From: Flavobacteriaceae bacterium
GTDB taxonomy: Bacteria; Bacteroidota; Bacteroidia; Flavobacteriales; Flavobacteriaceae
Length of the DNA stretch: 59,027 nucleotides
Reading direction: 5' to 3'
Assembly: GCA_002862715.1 (NCBI GenBank)
Contig: PKDV01000067.1
Span: forward strand, 1 to 59,027
The notes under the pieces were generated by a model that was not told where the DNA came from, searched no databases, and saw only the letters and a list, made by a program, of their open reading frames with translations. Below are positions 50,511 to 59,027 of the stretch, in pieces; the first letter of the stretch is position 1; every line of letters begins with the position of its first letter. Position numbers and translations under genes: made by a program.

Positions 50511-51115
50511 TAGATATTGTTTTGGTACAGAACAGGATTTAATGATTCGTCGTTGTACATTTTCATCTGCTTATATACCTTCATGTATTTTAGTCCATTT
50601 TTCATGTCCTGCAATAACTGGTCAATAGCTTCTGATAAGTCATTTTTTTGTTCCATAAGTATTAACAATTTTTTTTTGCATGAATTCCTGTGTTCTTTAG
50701 ACCCGGAACTTCTTTCTGATTCCTCTTTCATGTGAAAAATTTTCAAAGCTAGTATTGATAACCTATCTATTGCCCATGCCGGACTTTCAGTATTAATTGA
50801 AGCGTTTTTATTTATTTCAACATTTTTAAATTTTGAGTAGTAAAAACTATCAATATATTCAACAGTATCTGTTCTGTCTTGGTTTGATGAATCAATTTTT
50901 CTTTTTAGAGATAGAGCATTATTTGGTGATATTTTTGGATCTCTTATTAGGTCTTCATAGTGCCATTGAACCGTATCAATCCAATTCTTTTTATAAAGTA
51001 AATATTCTAATGATTCTTTATCGAAAGGGTTTTTCATCGGCTGGTTTACGTCATCTTTAATGTGATAATCATTAATAGCCATTTCAAAAATTTTGAAAGC
51101 TTTATTACTAATCAT
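50510..51115 (-). CDS. DUF4254-like protein
   Basis: 201 aa, cytoplasmic. The WIDTVQWHYEDLIRDP and SPAWAIDRLSILALKIFHM segments match what I recall of DUF4254, which commonly neighbours GT9 genes in Bacteroidota. Confidence 0.55.
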   Translation of the reverse strand: MISNKAFKIFEMAINDYHIKDDVNQPMKNPFDKESLEYLLYKKNWIDTVQWHYEDLIRDPKISPNNALSLKRKIDSSNQDRTDTVEYIDSFYYSKFKNVEINKNASINTESPAWAIDRLSILALKIFHMKEESERSSGSKEHRNSCKKKLLILMEQKNDLSEAIDQLLQDMKNGLKYMKVYKQMKMYNDESLNPVLYQNNI

Positions 51116-51129
51116 GAACTAGTTTTTAT

Positions 51130-51137
51130 CAAATATA
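51130..51137 (-). promoter_or_regulatory. Candidate -7 promoter box (TATATTTG on the minus strand) for the DUF4254-GT9-ABC cassette
   Basis: The plus strand reads CAAATATA. It lies 15 nt upstream of the DUF4254 ATG. Confidence 0.35.
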
Positions 51138-51192
51138 TTAAATGTAAAAGTTGTGATGTATTGCACCACTTGCAGAAAGCCAATTAATAACA

Positions 51193-51200
51193 TAAATTTG
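51193..51200 (+). promoter_or_regulatory. Candidate -7 promoter box (TAAATTTG) for the 75-aa membrane protein gene
   Basis: Exact TAnnTTTG match, 12 nt upstream of the ATG at 51212. Confidence 0.35.
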
Positions 51201-51211
51201 AACAAATACTT

Positions 51212-51439
51212 ATGAAAAATTTCTTTGAGCTTATACAATTCATTTTTGAGGAAATTCTTTTTTATCCTCTCAACTTTCTAAGAGAAGTTGAGCCATTTAG
51301 TTGGTTATTAGCAAATGGTATAAATTTTCTTTTTTTAGGTATTGGTATCTTAGGTATGATGTATTGGTTAAAACAATTAAAAAAATTTAACGACTCCGGT
51401 GAAGAAGATACTGATTCAACATCACACTCTTTTTTATAA
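51212..51439 (+). CDS. Small conserved membrane protein (75 aa) of unknown function
   Basis: One central TM helix (FSWLLANGINFLFLGIGILGMMYWL) and an acidic tail. It has its own -7 box. Its 3' end overlaps purD by 6 nt. Confidence 0.55.
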   Translation: MKNFFELIQFIFEEILFYPLNFLREVEPFSWLLANGINFLFLGIGILGMMYWLKQLKKFNDSGEEDTDSTSHSFL

Positions 51440-52699
51440 GTCAAAACCAATATCTTTTCTAAAATACATTCCTTTGAACTTAATTTTTTTCAAATTTTTG
51501 TAGGCTTTAGACAATGCAATTTTGATACTTGAGCCAAGTGCAGTTGAGGAAAAAACTCTTCCACCATTCGTTACAATTTTATTATTTTTTTTTAAAGTAC
51601 CAGCTTGGAAAACAAGTTCTTGGTCAATGTCACCCAAAACATCTAACCCCTTTTCATATGATTCTGGATAGCCCCCTGAAACGCTTACAATTGTTACTGC
51701 GTAATTTGGACTAACATCAAGTTTAATTTCTGATAACTTGTTATTTGCAGTGGCTAACAAAATTTCAAGAAAATCGTTCTTTATTCTAGGCAAAACTACT
51801 TGAGTTTCAGGGTCTCCCATCCTTACATTGTATTCAATAACAAAGGGTTCTCCTTTTACATTTATAAGCCCGATAAAAATAAATCCTAAATAATCAATAT
51901 TATCTTTCTTAAGTCCTTTAATGGTCGGTTTAATAATTTTATTCTCAATTTTATTTTTAAAATCCTTATCATTAAAAGGTACTGGTGAAATGGCACCCAT
52001 ACCACCAGTATTTAACCCAGAGTCACCCTCACCAATTCTCTTATAATCCTTTGCATACGGAAGCGTTATGAAAGAATCCCCATCTGTCAAAACAAAACAG
52101 GACAACTCAATTCCGTCAAGAAAACCTTCTATGACAACTTCTTTACTTGCAGATCCAAATTTTTTATTTTTTAACATTTCTACAAGACTATTTTTTGCTT
52201 TTTCTAGCTCATTAATTATTAAAACCCCTTTACCTGCAGCAAGTCCATTTGCTTTCAAGACATACGGTGGACTGATGGACTCCAAATAATCTAAACCATC
52301 GTTCAAGTTTTTCAATCTAAATTTTTTATAGGGCGCTGTTGGAATATTGTGTCTTTCCATGAATTCCTTTGCAAATGATTTACTCCCTTCAAGCATGGCT
52401 CCAAATTTCTCTGGACCGATGACATTAATTTTTTCAAGTTTTTTGTTAGAATGAATAAAGTCTGAAATCCCAAAGACTAGTGGCACTTCGGGTCCAACCA
52501 AAACTAAATTAATATTGTTCCTAACAATTGAGTTTTCAAGTTGCTTAAAATTTGAAATGTCTATATCAAGATTAATTCCTAAATTTTCGGTCCCAGCATT
52601 CCCGGGAGCAAAAAATAATTTATTTGGAATTTTACTTTTAGAAATTTTCCAACCAAAGGCATGCTCTCTTCCTCCACTTCCAATAACTAAAACATTCAT
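51434..52699 (-). CDS. purD: Phosphoribosylamine--glycine ligase
   Basis: MNVLVIGSGGREHAF N-terminus with ATP-grasp motifs. 421 aa. Confidence 0.96.
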   Translation of the reverse strand: MNVLVIGSGGREHAFGWKISKSKIPNKLFFAPGNAGTENLGINLDIDISNFKQLENSIVRNNINLVLVGPEVPLVFGISDFIHSNKKLEKINVIGPEKFGAMLEGSKSFAKEFMERHNIPTAPYKKFRLKNLNDGLDYLESISPPYVLKANGLAAGKGVLIINELEKAKNSLVEMLKNKKFGSASKEVVIEGFLDGIELSCFVLTDGDSFITLPYAKDYKRIGEGDSGLNTGGMGAISPVPFNDKDFKNKIENKIIKPTIKGLKKDNIDYLGFIFIGLINVKGEPFVIEYNVRMGDPETQVVLPRIKNDFLEILLATANNKLSEIKLDVSPNYAVTIVSVSGGYPESYEKGLDVLGDIDQELVFQAGTLKKNNKIVTNGGRVFSSTALGSSIKIALSKAYKNLKKIKFKGMYFRKDIGFDL

Positions 52700-52726
52700 T
52701 GATTAATGATTAGATTGTATAAATAA

Positions 52727-53281
52727 TCAGTTATTATAATTGATTTCAATCATAACCTCGTTTCTTCTGTTGTAAAATTTAAATGGAGCATCATATCCAA
52801 GAATTTTTAATTCCCCAATTGTTGCAATTCCACTTTTTTTAAGAGTATTAATTAAAGTATTCTTATGCTTTTTTACTTTTTCTGAGTTAGAGTATCCCCC
52901 ATAAGTTAATGAAGCAACATACACGGGTTTGGTGGTATGAGTTGTAACATCATCTCTAGTAGATTTAGGAACTTCAATATCATTATATAAACTTGGTAGC
53001 ACAAACGCCATTTCCTTTCCTTTTTCATCCATATAAACAGGGGCGGTCATAGCAATTTTTTTGTTTTTATCATTTTTTCCTGAAATGTACTGAAATAATT
53101 TACCAAAATTATTATCACCATTCTCTGATGATGTTTTTACGATTTTAGCACTCGGATAAAAACGAATCTCAATTGAGTCAATTTTTTTTATTAATGTGTA
53201 AGGCTGAGTTTCTGTGCTTTGTCCAAACATACTTAAATTAAAAATTATTGAGACGATAATTGTTTTAATTGTAAAATTCAT
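52727..53281 (-). CDS. SOUL heme-binding family protein (secreted)
   Basis: Signal peptide and the SOUL pattern FGKLFQYISGKN, IAMTAPV and YNRRNEVMIEI. 184 aa. Confidence 0.78.
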   Translation of the reverse strand: MNFTIKTIIVSIIFNLSMFGQSTETQPYTLIKKIDSIEIRFYPSAKIVKTSSENGDNNFGKLFQYISGKNDKNKKIAMTAPVYMDEKGKEMAFVLPSLYNDIEVPKSTRDDVTTHTTKPVYVASLTYGGYSNSEKVKKHKNTLINTLKKSGIATIGELKILGYDAPFKFYNRRNEVMIEINYNN

Positions 53282-53904
53282 TTTGTTTTTTTCGTGTCTC
53301 TTTTTATATCTTTTTCAACAACTTTTAAATACTTTTTTCTTTTCTTCTCGGAAACAAATGGGACCGACCAAAATTGTTTAGTTTTTGTAAATAGTGACAA
53401 TCTCCACCCAAAAACAAATGTATATACACCCATGACTAGACGAAGCTTTACTGAATTCACGTAGAGAGTTTTGACAGGAAGTGCAGGAGCCCCATGAGTT
53501 ATGTATGTTCTAATTTTTTTATTATTAAAATAAGATTTAGGGTAAGCATAAACACCTATTATTTCTGCCAGCCATTTCCACTTAGGAGTACCAATTACAT
53601 TTGTTACATTAATAAATTCATATGCAAAACCAGGTGTAAAAACTTCATCGAAAAATATTTCAGTTCTGGGAGTTAATCTAAACCACCAAACAGGAGAAAT
53701 TATATAGATTCTTTCAGACCATTTTACCAATTCTTTATATTTATTAATTACTTTATCTCTAGGCCTAGTAAAACTATCTCTATATAAATCGATTATTTCT
53801 AAATCCTGACCGGAATCTTTAATTCCATCTTTAACGGTTTTAAAAATACCATTGTAACAAAATGATTTAGTATCTGGGTGTCCAACAACAATAAGATTCT
53901 TCAT
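53278..53904 (-). CDS. Flavodoxin-like-fold NAD(P)H (quinone) oxidoreductase family protein
   Basis: MKNLIVVGHPDTKSF N-terminus and an ISPVWW motif typical of NQO/Flavodoxin_2 proteins. Basic C-terminal tail. ATGA-coupled to the SOUL gene. Confidence 0.65.
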   Translation of the reverse strand: MKNLIVVGHPDTKSFCYNGIFKTVKDGIKDSGQDLEIIDLYRDSFTRPRDKVINKYKELVKWSERIYIISPVWWFRLTPRTEIFFDEVFTPGFAYEFINVTNVIGTPKWKWLAEIIGVYAYPKSYFNNKKIRTYITHGAPALPVKTLYVNSVKLRLVMGVYTFVFGWRLSLFTKTKQFWSVPFVSEKKRKKYLKVVEKDIKRDTKKTK

Positions 53905-53916
53905 AGATATTTCTTA

Positions 53917-53924
53917 CAAATTTA
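53917..53924 (-). promoter_or_regulatory. Candidate -7 promoter box (TAAATTTG on the minus strand)
   Basis: The plus strand reads CAAATTTA. It lies 13 nt upstream of the oxidoreductase ATG. Confidence 0.35.
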
Positions 53925-54006
53925 AATGATTGTTTTAAAGTATGACTAACAATATTTAATTATAAGAGTCTATTTAATTAAATTAAGGTACAATGAAATT
54001 GAAAAG

Positions 54007-54393
54007 CTAGGATTTTAAATCTAGTTTTCTATTAAGGATAATAATTCCAACACAAGAGATTAACATTAAAGTCGACGGAACAGTAGGAATAATCGGGTCA
54101 TTAACACTAATATGAAAATATATGGCAGCTAACATAAAAAACCCCATAACAGTAGCAGCAGGAACAACTAATTTTTCTTTAAAGTATAGCCCAATAAGTA
54201 ATAAAACAGCAGTTGTCACCTTACTAATTCCAACCATTACCATTATATTGAAATTGAGACCATAAGCTTCAAATTCCTCAAGCATAGTAGCAGCACCGCC
54301 ACCTCTAAAAGGAGAATCCAAATTAATTTTAAACCAAGCACATATTACAGAGAATGAAACCAATAGTATCAAACATTTATATAAAACTTTCAT
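54007..54393 (-). CDS. DoxX-like small membrane protein
   Basis: 128 aa with about 4 TM helices. Size and topology fit the DoxX family. Assigned by pattern only. Confidence 0.5.
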   Translation of the reverse strand: MKVLYKCLILLVSFSVICAWFKINLDSPFRGGGAATMLEEFEAYGLNFNIMVMVGISKVTTAVLLLIGLYFKEKLVVPAATVMGFFMLAAIYFHISVNDPIIPTVPSTLMLISCVGIIILNRKLDLKS

Positions 54394-54437
54394 AGTTTAA
54401 ATTTAATAAATCTAAAATTTTCTCAAAAAATAGAAGT

Positions 54438-56702
54438 TTAACTGTTTAGCTTCTTAATTAGATTGAGCGCTGAACCTGCTTTAAACCATTCGATTTGAGT
54501 TTGATTGTATGAGTGGTTTACAGTTATAAGATTTTTTGTTTTGTCAGAGTGAATTATTTCAATTTTAATTGGTTTTTCTTTTGCAAAATCCTCTAAATTG
54601 ATGAAATTGAATGTGTCATCTTCTTTAATTAAATCATAGTCGTTTTCATTGGAAAATGTCAATGCAAGCATCCCTTGCTTTTTTAAATTTGTTTCATGTA
54701 TTCTCGCAAATGATTTAACAATTACGGCTTTTACACCTAAATGTCGAGGTTCCATTGCGGCATGCTCTCTAGAGGAGCCTTCGCCGTAGTTGTGATCTCC
54801 AACAACTACTGTTTCAATTCCAGATGCTAAATAGTGTCTCTGAACGTCGGGGACTCCTCCATATTTCCCAGTAATTTGATTTTTGACAAAATTTGTTTTC
54901 ATATTAAAAGCATTAACTGCACCAATTAAACAATTATTTGAAATATTATCTAAATGTCCTCTGTATCTAAGCCATGGACCAGCCATTGATATGTGGTCGG
55001 TTGTACATTTTCCAAAAGCCTTTATTAATAATTTAGCACCTGTAATATTTTTTCCATTCCAAGGTAAAAATGGATTTAACAATTGTAGTCTTTCAGAATT
55101 TTTATCAACATTTATCTTGATTTTACTCCCGTCTTTTGAGGGCTCTACATATCCATTATCAAGAAAATCGAACCCATCAATAGGCAATTCAGTTCCAGTA
55201 GGAGGGTCTAAAAGAATTTCTTTTCCGTCCTGATTTTTGAGCCTATCTGTTAGTGGATTGAAATCTAATTTTCCAGAAATTGCAATAGCTGCTACTATTT
55301 CAGGAGATGCCACAAAAGCATGGGTATTAGGATTGCCGTCGGCTCTTTTTGAAAAATTTCTATTAAAAGAGTGAATGATAGAGTTTTTGGGCTTTTTATC
55401 TGCGTCTTTTCTAGCCCATTGGCCAATACATGGGCCACAAGCATTGGTAAAAATTGTAGCATTTAAATCCTCAAAAATTTTCAAAAGACCATCTCTCTCA
55501 GCTGTAAAACGAACTTGTTCTGAACCGGGGTTAATACCGAATGAAGATTTAGTAACAAGCTTATTTTCAACTGCTTGTTTGGCAATTGATGCCGCTCTAG
55601 ATAAATCTTCATATGAGGAATTCGTACAGGAACCAATCAGACCCCATTCAATATCAATAGGCCATTTATTATTTTTTGCTTTTTGACCCATTTCAGAAAC
55701 GGGAGTCGCAAGATCAGGGGTAAATGGCCCATTTATATGTGGAGTAAGCTCATTTAAATCGATTTCAATTAGTTCATCAAAATATTTTTCAGGTTCAAGA
55801 TAGACTTCTTTATCAGCAGTTAAATGTTCTTTAACATTATTAGCTTCGTTTGCAACATCATTCCTCCCTGTAGATCTAAGATACCTTTCCATAGATTTGT
55901 CATAACCAAATGTTGAAGTTGTTGCTCCGACTTCAGCTCCCATATTACAAATAGTTCCTTTACCAGTGCAAGACATTGACTCCGCGCCAGGACCAAAATA
56001 TTCAATTATAGCTCCAGTTCCACCTTTCACAGTAAGTATTCCAGCAACTTTTAATATAACATCTTTTGGTGCTGTCCAACCATTTAGTTTTCCAGTTAAT
56101 CTTACACCAATTAATTTTGGAAACTTTAATTCCCACGGCATGTTTGCCATAACATCAACCGCATCTGCACCGCCAACACCAATTGCCAACATGCCGAGAC
56201 CACCAGCATTAACAGTATGAGAATCAGTTCCAATCATCATACCACCAGGAAATGCATAATTCTCAAGAACAACTTGATGAATTATACCAGCTCCAGGCTT
56301 CCAAAAACCAATACCATACTTGTTTGAAACAGATTGTAAGAAATTAAAAACTTCTGAAGATGAGTTTTTAGCTGATTTTAAATCCTCAATAGCACCATCT
56401 TTTGCTTGAATTAAATGGTCACAATGCACAGTAGTTGGAACAGCAACTTTTTTCTTTCCAGCTTGCATGAATTGCAGCAATGCCATTTGTGCTGTGGCAT
56501 CTTGACAAGCTATTCTATCTGGCTTGAAGTCCACATAATCGTTACCTCTTGAATATGGAGATTCAGGAAGTTTGTTCCATAAATGTGAGTAGAGGATTTT
56601 TTCTGACAATGTCAAAGGTTTTCCAACAAGTTTTCGTGTCATTTTGATTTTTTCACCAAGTGTTTGGTAGAAGGACTGTATCATATTTAAATCAAATGCC
56701 AT
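54438..56702 (-). CDS. acn: Aconitate hydratase, mitochondrial-type (~754 aa)
   Basis: Fe-S ligand and active-site motifs GTDSHT, GSCTNSS and CGPCIGQW. Its length matches mitochondrial-type rather than the ~890-aa AcnA/IRP type. ATG at 56702 preferred over the TTG at 56705. Confidence 0.95.
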   Translation of the reverse strand: MAFDLNMIQSFYQTLGEKIKMTRKLVGKPLTLSEKILYSHLWNKLPESPYSRGNDYVDFKPDRIACQDATAQMALLQFMQAGKKKVAVPTTVHCDHLIQAKDGAIEDLKSAKNSSSEVFNFLQSVSNKYGIGFWKPGAGIIHQVVLENYAFPGGMMIGTDSHTVNAGGLGMLAIGVGGADAVDVMANMPWELKFPKLIGVRLTGKLNGWTAPKDVILKVAGILTVKGGTGAIIEYFGPGAESMSCTGKGTICNMGAEVGATTSTFGYDKSMERYLRSTGRNDVANEANNVKEHLTADKEVYLEPEKYFDELIEIDLNELTPHINGPFTPDLATPVSEMGQKAKNNKWPIDIEWGLIGSCTNSSYEDLSRAASIAKQAVENKLVTKSSFGINPGSEQVRFTAERDGLLKIFEDLNATIFTNACGPCIGQWARKDADKKPKNSIIHSFNRNFSKRADGNPNTHAFVASPEIVAAIAISGKLDFNPLTDRLKNQDGKEILLDPPTGTELPIDGFDFLDNGYVEPSKDGSKIKINVDKNSERLQLLNPFLPWNGKNITGAKLLIKAFGKCTTDHISMAGPWLRYRGHLDNISNNCLIGAVNAFNMKTNFVKNQITGKYGGVPDVQRHYLASGIETVVVGDHNYGEGSSREHAAMEPRHLGVKAVIVKSFARIHETNLKKQGMLALTFSNENDYDLIKEDDTFNFINLEDFAKEKPIKIEIIHSDKTKNLITVNHSYNQTQIEWFKAGSALNLIKKLNS

Positions 56703-56819
56703 CAATTCAATTTTGAACAGTAAAAATATTAAATAAAAAACAAATAAGGTTTTTATTGGGCATAGTTAGCAGGTGATTTTTATTATTATGTTTAATATTG
56801 CACTTTAATAAAAAAATAA

Positions 56820-58226
56820 TTGAAAAGTATTTGTTGCATTGGTGCGGGTTATGTTGGAGGTCCAACAATGGCAGTTATTGCTCTAAAATGTCCTGAAATT
56901 AAAGTAACTGTTGTAGATATAAATCAAGAAAAAATTGATTTATGGAATCACACAAATTTAGAAAATTTACCAGTATTTGAGCCAGGCCTTGCAAATGTAG
57001 TTTCTGAAGCTAGAGGTAGAAATTTATTTTTTTCTACAGACGTTGATAAGGCAATTGAAGAATCAGAAATGATTTTTATTGCTGTCAATACTCCTACAAA
57101 AACATACGGTCAAGGTAAAGGAATGGCGGCAGATTTAAAATATGTTGAACTTTGCGCAAGACAAATTGCTAAAATATCAAAGACAGATAAAATTATTGTA
57201 GAAAAATCTACATTGCCTGTAAGAACAGCAGAAACAATACAAACCATTCTAGATTCAACTGGTGAAAAAGTAAATTTTCAAGTATTATCTAATCCAGAAT
57301 TTTTAGCTGAAGGTACAGCTATTGAAGATTTATTTCAGTCAGATAGAGTTTTAATAGGCTCAAATCAAACGCAGGAAGGAATTGAAGCAGCAAATAAACT
57401 GGTTGATATATATGCTAAATGGATTCCAAGACACAAGATTTTAACTACTAATGTATGGTCTTCCGAGTTATCTAAACTTACAGCAAATGCATTTTTAGCT
57501 CAAAGGATATCTTCAATTAATTCCATTTCTGCATTATGTGAAGCGACAGGCGCTAATGTAGAGGAGGTTGCTAGCGCATTGGGAACAGACAGTAGAATTG
57601 GTCCAAAGTTTTTAAAAACTTCTGTTGGATTTGGAGGATCTTGTTTCCAAAAAGACATTTTAAATTTGGTTTATTTATGTAAGCATTTTAATTTAAAAGA
57701 AGTTGCTGATTATTGGGAGCAGGTCATTATAATGAATGATTTTCAGAAGAAAAGATTCTCAAAAAAAATAATTTCAAAATTATTTAATACGGTGTCATCA
57801 AAAAAAATCACGTTTTTTGGTTGGGCCTTTAAAAAAAACACAAACGATACAAGAGAGTCTGCGTCAATTTATGTAGCAGATCATTTAATTGACGATGGTG
57901 CTGAGATTCATGTCTATGACCCAAAGGTGAAAAAGAAGCAAATCATTAATGACATGAAATATCTATGGGATTTAAATGGTTATTCAAAAAAAATTATAAA
58001 GGAAAAACTTAAAAATATCGTTGTTCATGATTCCCATATAAATTCAATCAGTAAATCACACGCAATAGTCATTTTAACAGAATGGGACGAATTTACAGCA
58101 TATGATTGGAAAAAAATTTATAAAAAGGTATTTAAACCAGCCTTTATTTTTGATGGAAGAAATATTTTGAATCACAACAAACTTACATCAATCGGATTTG
58201 ATGTATTTTCTATAGGGAAAGGCTAA
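56820..58226 (+). CDS. ugd: UDP-glucose 6-dehydrogenase (eukaryote-like long form)
   Basis: [13 protein letters not shown] Rossmann motif and the catalytic [10 protein letters not shown] motif. Long stretches ([32 protein letters not shown]) match animal UGDH as I recall it. TTG start. Confidence 0.93.
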   Translation: MKSICCIGAGYVGGPTMAVIALKCPEIKVTVVDINQEKIDLWNHTNLENLPVFEPGLANVVSEARGRNLFFSTDVDKAIEESEMIFIAVNTPTKTYGQGKGMAADLKYVELCARQIAKISKTDKIIVEKSTLPVRTAETIQTILDSTGEKVNFQVLSNPEFLAEGTAIEDLFQSDRVLIGSNQTQEGIEAANKLVDIYAKWIPRHKILTTNVWSSELSKLTANAFLAQRISSINSISALCEATGANVEEVASALGTDSRIGPKFLKTSVGFGGSCFQKDILNLVYLCKHFNLKEVADYWEQVIIMNDFQKKRFSKKIISKLFNTVSSKKITFFGWAFKKNTNDTRESASIYVADHLIDDGAEIHVYDPKVKKKQIINDMKYLWDLNGYSKKIIKEKLKNIVVHDSHINSISKSHAIVILTEWDEFTAYDWKKIYKKVFKPAFIFDGRNILNHNKLTSIGFDVFSIGKG

Positions 58227-59027
58227 TTTATATATTCAACATTTCCCCTGCGTTTTCCTAAACTTGTCCTTAATTTAGAACGAAGTCTGTTAGTATATAA
58301 AACAACTATTGTCACAAATAAAAAATAGATTAATATTGTATAAAATGCTGAAATGCTAAAAGTTAACAACGAAATACAAATTATAAATGCAAGAGCACAT
58401 CCGTTAATAAACAATGAGCATAAAAGGTGACTTCTACTAAAAAACCTTAAGCATAAGTGGTGTATATGAAAATTATCTGCACTTAAGGGCTTTTTTCCAA
58501 TACTTACTCTATAAGAATACACACCAGCTGAATCTATAATTGGTAATATAAATAAAGTTAGAGGTGCAATTGGAAGCAAAGCTTTACTCTCTAGAAGATT
58601 TAGTGTTACTATACTTGGGTCGCTTAAAAAAATTAGTGTAAAAATATACATAACTAGTCCAAGAAATAATGATCCGGTATCTCCCATAAAGCTCTTTTTC
58701 TTTTTTGAGAGATTGTGTGGTATATAGCCAACTAATAATCCAATAATTAAAATAGACATGCCGAAGAAAGCTTGATTGTTTTCAATCCAAAAAAGAACAG
58801 CAAATCCTGAAAACGAAATGATCGACATAAAACTTGAGTTTCCATCAATTCCATCAATTAAATTAAATGAATTGATCATAAAAACTCCTATGAATGATGT
58901 GAATATAACACCAGCTAAGTTATCAAGCGAATTAATTCCAAGGAAGCCATGTAAATTATTGATAATTAGATTGGGATTAAAATATAATAAAATCAAAACA
59001 GAAATTAATTGAAATAATAATTTTTCG
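58223..59027 (-). CDS. Glycosyltransferase family 4 polyprenyl-phosphate HexNAc-1-phosphate transferase (WecA/MraY-like); N-terminus outside the window
   Basis: FNLIDGIDG motif and [10 protein letters not shown] motif. Polytopic. The frame stays open to the window end, and the listed start (58996) is only a TTG. Confidence 0.8.
   Translation of the reverse strand, partial: EKLLFQLISVLILLYFNPNLIINNLHGFLGINSLDNLAGVIFTSFIGVFMINSFNLIDGIDGNSSFMSIISFSGFAVLFWIENNQAFFGMSILIIGLLVGYIPHNLSKKKKSFMGDTGSLFLGLVMYIFTLIFLSDPSIVTLNLLESKALLPIAPLTLFILPIIDSAGVYSYRVSIGKKPLSADNFHIHHLCLRFFSRSHLLCSLFINGCALAFIICISLLTFSISAFYTILIYFLFVTIVVLYTNRLRSKLRTSLGKRRGNVEYIN

Noticed and set aside
58223-59027. The truncated-looking sugar-phosphate transferase genes at both window edges (1-1133 and 58223-59027) considered as pseudogenes.
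   Set aside because: Both reading frames stay open to the window boundary. The missing parts are the N-terminal TM regions expected to lie outside the window. There are no internal stops or frameshifts.

Overview
This is an AT-rich (by eye about 30% G+C), very compact chromosomal segment of a Bacteroidota/Flavobacteriia-type genome, probably a streamlined marine flavobacterium.

**Compaction.** With the ORFs I accept, only about 1.7 kb of 59 kb is intergenic, in gaps of 2-135 nt. There are several ATGA/TAATG start-stop overlaps. Three convergent gene pairs overlap at their 3' ends.

**Lineage evidence.**
- Two proteins end in T9SS C-terminal sorting domains.
- There is a SprE/PorW-like TPR lipoprotein.
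- TAnnTTTG -7 promoter boxes occur upstream of several genes.
- atpB-E-F-H-A-G has no adjacent atpD/atpC.
- The aconitase is mitochondrial-type and the UDP-glucose dehydrogenase is animal-like.
- A GT9 plus DUF4254 gene pair is present.

**Content.** I call 57 protein-coding genes, two of them cut by the window edges. I found no rRNA, tRNA, CRISPR, transposase, integrase or obvious prophage or defence island. Most genes are housekeeping:
- gdhA, recO, ileS-dksA-like-lspA, uvrC, pgi, rsmI, tdk, alr, asd
- accBC-fabH-rpmF-yceD-pdxA, ribE
- F0F1 ATP synthase, dut, purD, aconitase, ugd

The rest are envelope functions: two TonB-dependent receptors, two M23/LytM proteins, T9SS-linked proteins, and glycosyl/phosphoglycosyl transferases.

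**Bottom line.** I do not see a clear-cut, self-contained novel system. The most promising uncharacterised modules are:
1. A translationally coupled DUF4254 / GT9 / 12-TM membrane protein / ABC-ATPase cassette (47.3-51.1 kb).
2. An rsmI operon carrying a RecB/Cas4-type PD-(D/E)XK nuclease plus two unknown small proteins (23.5-25.7 kb).
3. A T9SS-secreted lamin-tail-domain protein with no catalytic domain (34.0-35.8 kb).
4. A bactofilin wedged between sprE-like and atpZ at the head of the ATP synthase array.

All four are hypotheses from reading the sequence and from recalled family knowledge. No searches were run.
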